From positions 1 to 51,185 of the forward strand of contig JANRJA010000179.1 of assembly GCA_033764315.1 (NCBI GenBank): a DNA stretch of 51,185 nucleotides, read 5' to 3'. A program made the translations under genes and the position numbers. The notes below the pieces were generated by a model. The model searched no databases. It had not been told where the DNA came from and saw only the letters and a list, made by a program, of their open reading frames with translations. Below are positions 1 to 9,420 of this stretch, in pieces. The stretch comes from Oculatellaceae cyanobacterium bins.114 (GTDB taxonomy: Bacteria; Cyanobacteriota; Cyanobacteriia; Elainellales; Elainellaceae). Within the stretch, counting starts at the first letter, position 1. Each line of letters starts with the position of its first letter.

Positions 1-143
1 TCTGTTTGGCATTGGTCAACCTCAAGCGCATGAGTGGGTGCACAAACTCGGTCGAGTGCTGAACCAAGCCTTAGGGTATGAGAAACAGTTGCCAGAGCGA
101 GAGCCACATCGGTTAGAGGAAGTGCTCAACGAGTGCCCTAGTG
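1..143 (+). pseudogene. Truncated transposase fragment (HTH_Tnp_4/DDE_Tnp_4, IS5/ISL2-like)
   Basis: Frame 2 reads LFGIGQPQAHEWVHKLGRVLNQALGYEKQLPERE...ECPS, resembling the HTH region of this family. The expected following DGTE catalytic segment is absent. Runs off the left edge. Confidence 0.7.
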
Positions 144-315
144 CTGCTCTAAATTCTCATCAAACTGCTCTCCAGCAAACTGGTAGCTGTTCTCTGTGCT
201 GCCAGTCTGACCGCTGGTGCTACCGAACGCCGCATAAGTATAGTTGTGAGACCGAACAGTAGGACGGATGTAGTGTAAAGTCTCCCTGTAAACACTCGTT
301 CAGTCGAGGTGGGAG

Positions 316-1191
316 ATGGTTTGGAATGAAGAGAATGCGGATAGCGAGATTGCTAATGTAGAAAACGACGAGCAGCTAGTAGAGTTATGGCTGCATGACA
401 AGAGCCAGAATACACAGGATGCTTATCGGCGAGATTTAGCTCAGTTTTTCAGTATCACGGGTCAAAAGGAACTGAGACGGGTCACGCTCAATGACTTGCA
501 AGGTTTTGCTAAATCTCTAGTCGAACGAGGCTATGCCGTCTCCACGCAACAACGACGGCTCAACAGCTTAAAGTCCTTGCTGAGCTTTGGCTATAAACTG
601 GGAGTCTTGCCTGTTAACGTCAGCCAACTCCTGAAACCACCCCGTGCAAAAGATACTCTAGCCGAGCGCATCTTGAGTGAAGGGCAAGTTTTAAACTTAC
701 TCAATGCCACTGCCACCTTGCAAGAACACGCTTTATTACGTCTGCTGTATGCCACGGGTGCTCGGATTAGTGAACTGTGTGACGTGCGGTGGCGAGATTT
801 GCAAGGGGTACAACAGGGGCGAGGACAAGTCACGTTATTCGGCAAAGGAGGCAGAACCAGAGTGGTTGTATTCAGTGCTCAGACGTTGCAAGTGTTAGAG
901 AGCATTAAAGCAGAGGCGACTATCAACGACTTGATATTCCAAAATCGACGGGGTAGCAAGATCAACCGGAGTAGTGTTCGCCGCATGATTCGAGCCGCTT
1001 GCAAACGAGTTGGGATTGGAGAACGAGTTTCTCCCCACTGGTTTCGTCATGCCCATGCTTCTCATGCCTTGGAGCGGGGTGCTCCTGTTAACTTAGTTCA
1101 GATGACGTTAGGACACGCCAGTTTAGCCACAACTGGGCGTTACCTGCATGCTCGACCCCAAGATTCCAGCGGATTACGCCTAGCGGTATGA
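316..1191 (+). CDS. Tyrosine recombinase/integrase (XerC/XerD-like)
   Basis: N-terminal core-binding domain (NTQDAYRRDL); catalytic residues R (GARISE), K (GKGGR), HxxR (HWFRH), H (LGH), Y (RYLH). Confidence 0.95.
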   Translation: MVWNEENADSEIANVENDEQLVELWLHDKSQNTQDAYRRDLAQFFSITGQKELRRVTLNDLQGFAKSLVERGYAVSTQQRRLNSLKSLLSFGYKLGVLPVNVSQLLKPPRAKDTLAERILSEGQVLNLLNATATLQEHALLRLLYATGARISELCDVRWRDLQGVQQGRGQVTLFGKGGRTRVVVFSAQTLQVLESIKAEATINDLIFQNRRGSKINRSSVRRMIRAACKRVGIGERVSPHWFRHAHASHALERGAPVNLVQMTLGHASLATTGRYLHARPQDSSGLRLAV

Positions 1192-1296
1192 GGGTTAGAG
1201 AAGGCTTGTTCAGTGAACCTAACCTTTCCAGTCGCAAGTAACAGCATCAACAGTTATCGGATCGTAACTTGTTAGACGTGACTCATTTCCTTTTTC

Positions 1297-1332
1297 GGTA
1301 GTCCTCTAAAAGTAATGATTTTTGAGTAAGGA
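1297..1332 (+). repeat. 36-bp direct repeat, copy 1 (copy 2 at 12546-12581)
   Basis: GGTAGTCCTCTAAAAGTAATGATTTTTGAGTAAGGA is identical at both positions. Confidence 0.9.
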
Positions 1333-1362
1333 TATGTAGTGCTCCTCGCTGCATATCCTTTT
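1328..1362. terminator. Hairpin between the convergent integrase and MarR-GNAT genes
   Basis: AAGGATATGTAGTG-CTCCT-CGCTGCATATCCTT stem followed by Ts. Confidence 0.6.
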
Positions 1363-1382
1363 GTTTAAGACTACCAGCAAAT

Positions 1383-2333
1383 CTAGCCAACAAGCTTAAG
1401 TTCCATTTGAATATTGCAGCGTTCATAGGGCGAAGGGTGCCCAAGCACTCTCTGAAAACCTAATTTTTGATAGAGATTGATGGCTGGTTCTAAAACCGTA
1501 TTACTTTCTAGATGAATGACTTTTGCTCCTAAATCACGAGCTTTATTGATGGTCGCTTGCCCTAATAACCAGCCAACTCCTTTACCTCTTGCTTTTTCGG
1601 TTACGGCCATCTTTGCTAACTCATAAGTCTTGTGATCTACCTTAATTAAGGCACAAGTGCCAACGATTTCGTTGTTATAACGTGCTAGGTAGATATGACC
1701 TCCTGGTTGTAGGATTGTTATATCTGGATGATCAAGAGATTGATGATCTGAGTCCTCTAACTTAAAATATTTTTCAATCCATTCATAATTCAGTCGTTTA
1801 AAGTCCTGATGAAACTCAGGAGAGTAATCGATAATTTCAATCTGCTGACGTTCACGAGTTTTTTGGATGGCTTTAACTCGATCTAAAAAGCTCTGATTTG
1901 TTAGTAAAAATTCCACTTCTTCAAGTGCTTTCCATAAATCATGCTGTGTCTCTGACAAAAGAGCTTCGACAGCCTGGGCGACATCAATATACTGTTTTTC
2001 GAGCTTTGGAATCAGATGTCTTCCACTATCAGAAAGTCTCACAACATTAATTCTTGCATCTTGGCGATCTTTATCGGTTGTAACCAGTCCTTTTTTGCTC
2101 ATTTCTTTGACAATCTGGCTTACTGATGGATGGGAATGCCCAATCATTTGAGCAATCTCAGTGATAGATGCCTTTTCTTGATGAGACAGCACATAAAAGA
2201 CTGGAAACCACTTAGGGTCTAACGGAACGTCATAAAGAGCATAAACTTTTGCAGCATCTTCTGTCAGTTTGTCGCTCAAGCGGCGCAGGCGACTACCTAA
2301 CGCCAACTTACCCGTATGAGAGTAAAAATCCAT
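1383..2333 (-). CDS. MarR-type HTH / GNAT acetyltransferase fusion
   Basis: N-terminal wHTH (SITEIAQMIGHSHPSVSQIVKEM...DARI); C-terminal GNAT (ELAKMAV...RGKGVG, AINLYQKLGF). Confidence 0.92.
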   Translation of the reverse strand: MDFYSHTGKLALGSRLRRLSDKLTEDAAKVYALYDVPLDPKWFPVFYVLSHQEKASITEIAQMIGHSHPSVSQIVKEMSKKGLVTTDKDRQDARINVVRLSDSGRHLIPKLEKQYIDVAQAVEALLSETQHDLWKALEEVEFLLTNQSFLDRVKAIQKTRERQQIEIIDYSPEFHQDFKRLNYEWIEKYFKLEDSDHQSLDHPDITILQPGGHIYLARYNNEIVGTCALIKVDHKTYELAKMAVTEKARGKGVGWLLGQATINKARDLGAKVIHLESNTVLEPAINLYQKLGFQRVLGHPSPYERCNIQMELKLVG

Positions 2334-2338
2334 AAATG

Positions 2339-2364
2339 CGTAACTAGTTACGTAATTAGTTACG
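2339..2364. promoter_or_regulatory. Tandem palindromic operator upstream of MarR-GNAT
   Basis: Perfect 14-bp palindrome CGTAACTAGTTACG (2339-2352) overlapping a near copy CGTAATTAGTTACG (2351-2364), 5 bp from the start codon. Confidence 0.7.
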
Positions 2365-2688
2365 TAATACCATCAATCTCCTGAAATAGTTAAGAAACAC
2401 GAATTAAATAACATCGATTTTCTTCTTTAAAATGACCTCTCCCCCTGCCTTTCTCCGACTTGGAAAGGGGGGTGGAGGTGGAGTGAGGTTTCCAACGTTA
2501 TTTAATCTACGATCCTCAAGGGGAGACTTCTCTGCCCCCCTTTAGCAAAAAGCCCAAACCCCTACGTCGCATGGGCTAGTGCCTAGTTGCCGTTGCAGAT
2601 TGAGTGATCCCAGAGAAACTGGGATTGATGCCAACTGTGGATATTTTTGGGATGAATGTGTGTGAAGAGTGCCTTCTCACTCTGTAAG

Positions 2689-3684
2689 TTATGGAGGTGT
2701 GAGAAAGGACACCCCAACCCCACCTGTGAAAGGACTAGAAACAGCATTGTCGTCTAAAGTGGCATCACCTTGCCCAGAGAACAAGCGGTATAACCGAAAG
2801 CGATGATAATTGCTCACCAATTGGGGTAGCGGTAACAATCCTCCTCCTTGGTCGCTGTAGAGCTTTTGATGTAATTCGGGGAGTTCATGCCAGGGACAAC
2901 TCATGTTGTGATGATGAGCGTTGTGATAACCAAAGTTGAGAAAGAGTAGGTTGAGCCAGGGATATTTGACTGAAACCAAATTAGAAAACGTGTGTTCCTG
3001 CTCATAAAGGCGATCGCGTTTGGGGAACTCTTGTCCAACAATGGCGTAATCGTAGGTGTGGTGAAATGCGTCGGCAAATCGCATGACATTGACAAACGAA
3101 ATATAAGCTACACAGTAAAGCAATAATGCTTTCCAGGAGATCCAGGCGAGCACTGCAAAAGCAGTCATGCGATAAAGCATCAGAGCGATCGCCCGCCCTT
3201 GTAGCGATCGCTTATCTGCTTCTAGCCAGGGAGCCAAAATGACTCGCCAGCGTAATTCAAATTCAAAAATGGGGAAGTATAACCACTCCAACACTACATA
3301 AATAGAACGCAACCAGGGATTCATCATATTGAAGTATTTGAGAAAATCAAACCCAACAAAGTCAGCATGGTGCAAATGATGGTTGAAGTGATGTTCGACT
3401 AGGGCATCCCAGGTAGCGTAACATCCCCCGTTTAAGTGGGTCATTGCCTGCCCCCAAAAGGCATTTAACTGCCGATCTTTAAAGATATTGCCGTGAATAA
3501 ATTCATGGGTGAAGGTGGCAGACAACAGGAGGGCGTGCACCAGTAAAATAACACCCACAATATTCCATTGCCACGGTTGAACGGTGATCAGTAAAACCCC
3601 TAGAGCATACAAGGTGAAAGTATAGGCGATCGCTCCCAGATTTTTGACCAGGGGTGAGACAAGCAGGGGTGAAACGGTCATCAC
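2689..3684 (-). CDS. Membrane fatty acid desaturase-superfamily di-iron enzyme (paralog 1)
   Basis: His boxes HEFIH, HHFNHHLHH and HNAHH plus hydrophobic helices. Confidence 0.9.
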   Translation of the reverse strand: MMTVSPLLVSPLVKNLGAIAYTFTLYALGVLLITVQPWQWNIVGVILLVHALLLSATFTHEFIHGNIFKDRQLNAFWGQAMTHLNGGCYATWDALVEHHFNHHLHHADFVGFDFLKYFNMMNPWLRSIYVVLEWLYFPIFEFELRWRVILAPWLEADKRSLQGRAIALMLYRMTAFAVLAWISWKALLLYCVAYISFVNVMRFADAFHHTYDYAIVGQEFPKRDRLYEQEHTFSNLVSVKYPWLNLLFLNFGYHNAHHHNMSCPWHELPELHQKLYSDQGGGLLPLPQLVSNYHRFRLYRLFSGQGDATLDDNAVSSPFTGGVGVSFLTPP

Positions 3685-3687
3685 TCA

Positions 3688-4527
3688 CTAAACCTCCATA
3701 CTGGCTAAAGCAGCGGATCGACTGATTTGATATCGGGCAATTTCTTCGCAGGTCGTGAGCCATACTCCTTCGTGCGATCGAATATGGTCGATCAGTTGCT
3801 CCAACAACATCACCCGTGCCGGACGACCAATGATTTCAGGGTGCATCGTCAACACAAATGCGCCCCCATAGCGGTACATCCCATTAAACTCTTCTTTCCA
3901 AACCTGGAGTGCTTTTTCACAGCTTTCAATCACACCGCTGCCAACACGAGGTTCATACAAAAAGGCAAACTGTTCCCAATCATCATTAGTCCAGTGAACA
4001 GGAATCTGAACAAGATCACCTGCCGGGGTCGAGAAAGTGTAGGGGCGATCGTCATCCATTAATGAGGAATCGTAAATCAGTCCATGACGGGCTAAAATCT
4101 CAGCAGAGCAAGGGTTTACTTCCCACAGCGGGGCACGATAACCCACGGGTTTACGTCCTGTGATTTGCTCCAAAATAGTGCAGGTTCGCACCAAGGCCGC
4201 TTCTTCTTGAATTGGGTCGAGGGTAGATACGGGTTCATGTAAATAGCCATGTGCCCCAATTTCATGCCCCTCTTCATAAATTCGTTTGACCAGATCTGGA
4301 TAGAGTTCTGCGGTATAGCCTGGGACAAAGAAGGTTGCTTTTACCGCTTTGGCTCGAAGCATATCTAAGATTCGGGGGACGCCCACTCTGGGGCCATATC
4401 GTGCCCACGACATGACCGAGAGCCGATCTTTATTTCGAGGATCAGCCTGAAGCATTCCAGACTCGCCATCAACATCAAAGCTGAGTACAGCCGCACAACG
4501 AATATCCGCAGCCCAAGCAAACGGCAT
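3688..4527 (-). CDS. Polysaccharide deacetylase family protein (CE4, PuuE/HpPgdA-like amidohydrolase)
   Basis: SFDVD, HGYLHE, GYRAP, YDSS and LTMHP motifs; no signal peptide; 3 bp upstream of the desaturase. Confidence 0.9.
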   Translation of the reverse strand: MPFAWAADIRCAAVLSFDVDGESGMLQADPRNKDRLSVMSWARYGPRVGVPRILDMLRAKAVKATFFVPGYTAELYPDLVKRIYEEGHEIGAHGYLHEPVSTLDPIQEEAALVRTCTILEQITGRKPVGYRAPLWEVNPCSAEILARHGLIYDSSLMDDDRPYTFSTPAGDLVQIPVHWTNDDWEQFAFLYEPRVGSGVIESCEKALQVWKEEFNGMYRYGGAFVLTMHPEIIGRPARVMLLEQLIDHIRSHEGVWLTTCEEIARYQISRSAALASMEV

Positions 4528-4680
4528 AACTAACTCTCCTAATAGTGTTCAAATGGTGCTCAAAACTGGTGTAATACGGCAGTTAATGAACCGAGTAATC
4601 CGAAAAAGCCATGAATTGTAGTAGCGTGTTCAGTTAAAAAGGGGGGTGGAGTGCCAATGAAACCCAACACAAAATTTGTG

Positions 4681-4881
4681 TATATCAACTGTCAAAGACA
4701 GTGAATACGAGAGGGTATGGGGACTTCGCTCCCAACCAACTTTCGCCCTGATCGCTCAAGCCGAAGGGAGATGAAACCTTTACACCCTGTCCTAACCAAC
4801 TCTTGAGTTGGACGTTGCTGAGCCAATGTATGAACGTCTGTGAATCATACCTGTATTCAGCAATGCTCTTGAGTTGCGATA
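4681..4881. repeat. Dispersed repeat element (related copy at 27529-27634) hosting a nested MITE
   Basis: Shares CACCCTGT(C/T)CTAACC..TCTT(G/C)AGTTGC and ends resembling TA..CAACTG / (C/G)AGTTGC with the second copy. Confidence 0.55.
4811..4867. mobile_element. MITE-like element, copy 1
   Basis: Imperfect TIR GACGTTGCTGA...TCAGCAATGCT flanked by direct repeat CTTGAGTTG (4802-4810 and 4868-4876); related to 20798-20898. Confidence 0.7.
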
Positions 4882-4930
4882 GGTTGGGTTAGCCACGCTA
4901 CGCTGATCAGCGCAAATCGACACTGTTGCA

Positions 4931-4972
4931 AGGCTATTCAAGGCTGAAAAAATATTTCGTTACTTGTGCTAC
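4931..4972 (-). promoter_or_regulatory. NtcA-type promoter for the deacetylase-desaturase unit
   Basis: Minus strand GTAGCACAAGTAAC (GTA-N8-AAC), 22 nt spacer, then -10 TAGCCT. Confidence 0.55.
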
Positions 4973-5458
4973 AAACTAACCAACTCTTGAGCTATCTGCT
5001 AAATCCTCAACTTAGGGCTAAAACACTTGTTGTTTTAGGAATGGGATGCTGGTTCCATCTGAATTTATAGGATGAAGGCGTTTTGTGCAAAAGAATGTAT
5101 CTGCAATTATGGGACAAGGCATTCAGACAATAGTTTCTGGAGTCATTTCAGAATTAATCGATCGCCTATCTCATTTCTATTTTTTTAAGATCTAACTCTC
5201 TTACCCGGTTATCCCTTTCTTTAAAAATCGTGTGGCTTCATCATTCAATCTTAAATAGTAGAGCTAAACCCCTTGTCAGAGAAGCTTTACAGATAAAACC
5301 TGATTGACTAATTCAGTCAAATGTAAAGTTTCTTGAGTTAATCATTTCTGAACTAAAACATCATTTCAATCATGATTTATGAACTGGATTCAGAATTTAC
5401 TTAGAAAGCGCAAAGAGAATAACTTAGAATTGCGAATTTAGCAAAAAAATTGAAATAA

Positions 5459-5501
5459 TGTAGTTGCAATTACAATTTGTTCGTTTTTCCCGTTCTATGC
5501 T
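5459..5501 (+). promoter_or_regulatory. Canonical NtcA-activated promoter for the SDR-ABC operon
   Basis: TGTAGTTGCAATTACA (GTA-N8-TAC at 5460-5473), 22 nt spacer, then -10 TATGCT (5496-5501). Confidence 0.8.
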
Positions 5502-5547
5502 CATCCCTAAGACACACCATCTAAGACAAAACATCTGAGGCAAGACC

Positions 5548-6309
5548 GTGAGATTAAAGGACAGGGTTAGTCTCATTACTGGGGCTGGATCGGGAATTGG
5601 ACAAGCAACTGCGTTGAGGTTTGCGAGTGAAGGAGCGATCGTTGTAATTGCCGATCGCAACTTAGAAGCCGCTGAGAAAACTCAACACTTGATTGAACAA
5701 TCGGGCGGAACAGGTCACGCGATCGCCCTAGATGTGACTCAAGAACAACAGGTTGCAGAGGCGATCTCTACCACTGTTCAACAATTTGGACGGTTAGATG
5801 TTCTACACAACAATGCTGGAATATCTATCCTCAAACCCATTACCGAAACGACTGAAGCTGACTGGGATCAGTTGTTTAATGTCAATCTCAAAGGTGTATT
5901 CTTTGGCTGCAAGCATGCCATTCCAATCATGGTGCAACAAGGAGGCGGCGTGATTATCAACACAGCTTCTGAGTTGGCGATCGTAGGTCAGCCACTTTAT
6001 ACTGCCTACTGCGCCACCAAAGGAGGTGTATTAGCGTTTACTCGCGCCTTGTCAGTGGAATGGGCCGCCAAAGGAATTCGGATTAATGCAGTTTGCCCAG
6101 GGCCTGTTCAAACGCCGATGTTACAAGCTGAATTTGACTTAGCAAGCAATCCAACGGCTGAAGCGATCGCCACAATTCAGTCGATTCCAGTGGGGCGGTT
6201 GGGGGCACCCGACGACATTGCGCGTGTAGCTCTGTTTCTTGCGAGTGATGATGCTGTATTTGTGCATGGGGCAGCGATTGTAGCCGATGGTGGACGAACC
6301 ACTGTTTAG
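5548..6309 (+). CDS. Short-chain dehydrogenase/reductase (classical SDR)
   Basis: TGAGSGIG, NNAG, YCATK (YxxxK) and DGG motifs. Confidence 0.95.
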   Translation: MRLKDRVSLITGAGSGIGQATALRFASEGAIVVIADRNLEAAEKTQHLIEQSGGTGHAIALDVTQEQQVAEAISTTVQQFGRLDVLHNNAGISILKPITETTEADWDQLFNVNLKGVFFGCKHAIPIMVQQGGGVIINTASELAIVGQPLYTAYCATKGGVLAFTRALSVEWAAKGIRINAVCPGPVQTPMLQAEFDLASNPTAEAIATIQSIPVGRLGAPDDIARVALFLASDDAVFVHGAAIVADGGRTTV

Positions 6310-6352
6310 TAGAAGTATTTAGTAGAACTGCTTAGTAGAACTGTTTAGTAGA
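6301..6352 (+). repeat. 13-bp tandem repeat x4
   Basis: ACTGTTTAGTAGA / AGTATTTAGTAGA / ACTGCTTAGTAGA / ACTGTTTAGTAGA, starting over the SDR stop codon. Confidence 0.9.
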
Positions 6353-6487
6353 ACTCGATATAGGTTGAGCGATCAGTGTTGAGTGCTGCATTAAGCATGT
6401 AGCTTTATTTTCGTAATGCACTACTGTAATGCACTACTTGTTATTCATCCAGTCTTTTCAGTTTATTGTTGGAGGACTATCAATTCT

Positions 6488-7528
6488 ATGTCTTATACTT
6501 TTTCTCGTCGTTCGTTTATACGATCATCTGCATTAACAACGGCAACCACTCTCCTCACGATCGGTTGTAGTCGGCAGACCCACTCTCCACCCTTATCAGA
6601 AGCGTCAGATCAGCCGATTCGTTTAGGATTTAACCTGTGGCCCGGAGCAATTCCCTGGCAGATTGCTGAAGATCAGGACTTGTTTAAAGCAGCCGGAGTC
6701 AATGCTGAAATCACCTGGTTTCAGGTTCTTGGAGATCAGATTAATGCCTTTAATGCTGGCAAAATTGACATTGCCAATCTGACATTAAACGATCTGTTTA
6801 TGAGCAACTCCAACGGAGTGCTTTGTAAGGTAATTTTGATGCCAGATGTTTCTGCGGGTGCAGATGCGATCGTGGCGTCCAATTCCGTTACCTCCGTCCA
6901 AGATTTTGTTGGAAAACAAGCAGGGGTTGAAATTGCCACGATTGGGCATCTGCTATTTCTCCAAGCATTGGCTAAAAATGGCATCGATCCGCAGTCAGTG
7001 CCAATTGTTAACATGGCAGCCGATGCGGCTATTAGTGCCATCATTGCTGGCAAGTTAGATGTGGCTTATTCCTACGATCCCTTTATTACTCAGCTGCTGC
7101 ACAGTGGCAAAGGCAACGTTGTTTTCTCAAGCAAAGATGTTCCTGGATTAATAGCTGACACCGTTGTTGCCCATGACTCGCTCCTCAATAGCCGCACTGT
7201 CGAGGTGCAAAAGCTAGTGGATGTGTGGCATCAAGTTTTAGACTTCCGTAATCAAAATCAAAAGGATGCCTATGCGATTGAGGCAAAACGAGCAGGTGTA
7301 TCAGTAGAGGATTACGCTGCGTTGCAAAAAGGATTGGAATGGCTAACTCCGCAGCAAACTCTAGAGACCTTTCAACCCGGAAATACAACGCGATCGCTTC
7401 TTTATGCAGGCAAAGTCGTTGCCGATTTCATGTTAGAGCAACAGTTGCTACAAACTTCTCCTCCAGATACTGCAACGCTGATTAACGATCGCTTTATCAA
7501 AGATTACGTCTTGCGTCTCCCTGCTTAA
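6488..7528 (+). CDS. ABC transporter substrate-binding lipoprotein 1 (NitT/TauT, SsuA/NMT1-like)
   Basis: Start at 6488 after GGAGG; SRRSFI twin-Arg plus lipobox IGC; WPG..PW, GADAIV and YDPF motifs. Confidence 0.9.
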   Translation: MSYTFSRRSFIRSSALTTATTLLTIGCSRQTHSPPLSEASDQPIRLGFNLWPGAIPWQIAEDQDLFKAAGVNAEITWFQVLGDQINAFNAGKIDIANLTLNDLFMSNSNGVLCKVILMPDVSAGADAIVASNSVTSVQDFVGKQAGVEIATIGHLLFLQALAKNGIDPQSVPIVNMAADAAISAIIAGKLDVAYSYDPFITQLLHSGKGNVVFSSKDVPGLIADTVVAHDSLLNSRTVEVQKLVDVWHQVLDFRNQNQKDAYAIEAKRAGVSVEDYAALQKGLEWLTPQQTLETFQPGNTTRSLLYAGKVVADFMLEQQLLQTSPPDTATLINDRFIKDYVLRLPA

Positions 7529-7556
7529 TTGTCATCCCTCTCAAAAGGACAAATCT

Positions 7557-8603
7557 ATGACTGATCGGGTTCCCCTCTCGGTTCTTCTCTCTCGTCGATC
7601 GTTTTTGCGGTCTGCGGCTTTATCGACAGCAGCAGCGATCGCCACCGTCAGTTGCAGCGGAAAATCTGCCAGTACCTCTGGAACTTCCCAAAGCCGACCT
7701 TTACAGGTTGGCATGAATTTATGGGCAGGCTTTATGCCCTGGAAAGTTGCACAGGAAAAAGATTTTTTTACTGCTAATGGGGTCAATGTAGAAGTCACCT
7801 GGTTTCCTGTGTTATCGGATCAACTCACCGCATTTAATGCTGGGAAACTGGATGTTGCCGGAATGACCCTATCCGATATGTTGACGGGTTTAGCCGGTGG
7901 ATTGCAAACAAAGATCATCGCCATCACAGATGTCTCACTGGGTGCAGACGCCATTTTAGTCTCACCCGCGATCAACTCCATTCAAGATCTGATCGGGAAG
8001 CGAGCCTCGATCGAGCTTGGTACAGTCGGGCACATGCTCTTTTTGAAAGCCTTAGAGCAAGGGGGTGTGGCAGCAGATCAGGTTGAAGTCGTTAATCAAT
8101 CTGCCGATGCGGCGACGGCTGCATTGATCGCCGGAAAAACAGACTGTGTTTATTCCTATGAGCCGTTTGTCAGCCAAGCAGTACAGTCTGGTCGAGGGAA
8201 AGTGATTTTTTCGAGCAAAGATATCCCAGGCATTATTCCCGATCCCCTCGTGATTCATGATCGGGTGTTAACCGAGCAACCAGAAGCGGTGCAGGCATTA
8301 ATGACGGTTTGGTATAAAACCTTAGAATATCGAAAAGCTCATCTAGATGAGGTGTTATCGATTGAAGCAAAACAGGCAGGGGTCTCTCTAGAAGACTACA
8401 CCACTATCCTCAAGGGATTTTCATGGTTGACTCCCGAAGAGTGCCTCAAAACGTTTGAGCCAGGAGACAGTATGGAATCAGTGATTTATTCCTCGCAGGT
8501 CATTGGCGACTTCATGGTGGGACAAGACCTGATTACCAGTAAACCTGATTCGATTGAGCCGTATATCGATCGCCGCTTTGTTGAACAGTACTTAAAGGGA
8601 TAG
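7557..8603 (+). CDS. ABC transporter substrate-binding lipoprotein 2 (paralog)
   Basis: SRRSFL twin-Arg plus VSC lipobox; WAGFMPW, GADAIL and YEPF motifs. Confidence 0.9.
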   Translation: MTDRVPLSVLLSRRSFLRSAALSTAAAIATVSCSGKSASTSGTSQSRPLQVGMNLWAGFMPWKVAQEKDFFTANGVNVEVTWFPVLSDQLTAFNAGKLDVAGMTLSDMLTGLAGGLQTKIIAITDVSLGADAILVSPAINSIQDLIGKRASIELGTVGHMLFLKALEQGGVAADQVEVVNQSADAATAALIAGKTDCVYSYEPFVSQAVQSGRGKVIFSSKDIPGIIPDPLVIHDRVLTEQPEAVQALMTVWYKTLEYRKAHLDEVLSIEAKQAGVSLEDYTTILKGFSWLTPEECLKTFEPGDSMESVIYSSQVIGDFMVGQDLITSKPDSIEPYIDRRFVEQYLKG

Positions 8604-8614
8604 AAGGCTCTAGT

Positions 8615-9394
8615 ATGAACCGTTCTGAACTGGTGATTCGCAATCTCTACAAAAGCTTTCCTGGCAAACGAGGGGCGATCGTTGCGCTCAAAAATATCAA
8701 TCTCACGGTTTATCGCAATGAGTTTGTTTGTGTGGTGGGGGCATCGGGCTGTGGCAAGTCTACGTTGTTGAATTTGATTGCCGGATTAGAAGAACCAACC
8801 TCTGGTGAAATCTTGCTAGAGGGAAATCCAATTGATGGCCCTGGAGCTAACCGAGGTATGGTGTTTCAAAATTACACCCTTTATCCCTGGCTAACAGTGG
8901 CTCAAAATGTGGAATTTGGCATGAAGATGCAAAAAATCCCATTGGCGGAGCGTCAGCAACGGGTGGCTTATTATCTGGAAACGGTTGGCTTAACCCGATT
9001 TGCCGATGCGTTGCCAAGGGCACTGTCTGGGGGAATGAAACAACGAGTGGCGATCGCTCGTGCACTTGCCAATGAACCCGATATTTTGTTGATGGATGAA
9101 CCCTTTGGGGCATTGGATGCTCAAACTAAAGAGGTGTTGCAAGAGTTTATGTTGCGGCTCTGGCGACAAACTCACAAAACCATTTTTATGGTGACGCATG
9201 ATGTCGAAGAAGCGGTCTTTTTATCCCAACGCATTTATGTTTTGTCGTCTCGTCCTGGTGAAATTAAAGCCGAAGTACAGTTAGATTTTGATGATCATCG
9301 CGATCTATCGATCAAAGGAACTGAGCTATTTCAACGTAAACGGCAAGAGGTTTTGCAGTTAATTCGAGACGAAATTTTAGCAGCGGCTGGATAG
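8615..9394 (+). CDS. ABC transporter ATP-binding protein (NitT/TauT)
   Basis: Walker A GASGCGKS, signature LSGGMKQR, Walker B LLMDEPFGALD, VTHD. Confidence 0.96.
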   Translation: MNRSELVIRNLYKSFPGKRGAIVALKNINLTVYRNEFVCVVGASGCGKSTLLNLIAGLEEPTSGEILLEGNPIDGPGANRGMVFQNYTLYPWLTVAQNVEFGMKMQKIPLAERQQRVAYYLETVGLTRFADALPRALSGGMKQRVAIARALANEPDILLMDEPFGALDAQTKEVLQEFMLRLWRQTHKTIFMVTHDVEEAVFLSQRIYVLSSRPGEIKAEVQLDFDDHRDLSIKGTELFQRKRQEVLQLIRDEILAAAG

Positions 9395-9420
9395 TGTAAG
9401 TCCATTCATGGAAAATTTTT

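Noticed and set aside
38-262. 74-aa ORF as a real gene
   Set aside because: First half is transposase remnant; the rest is read-through into unrelated sequence
5097-5136. Fourth NtcA promoter (GTATCTGCAATTAT)
   Set aside because: Mismatch in the TAC half and only 20 nt to the nearest TAN3T
6301-6352. Possible mini CRISPR array
   Set aside because: Contiguous 13-bp units without spacers, and no cas genes
6413-6438. GTAATGCACTAC as an NtcA site
   Set aside because: GTA-N6-TAC spacing does not fit the N8 consensus
5300-6487. Guanidine riboswitch upstream of the SDR or ABC genes
   Set aside because: No recognisable guanidine-I/II/III conserved elements by eye; an Infernal/Rfam scan would settle it
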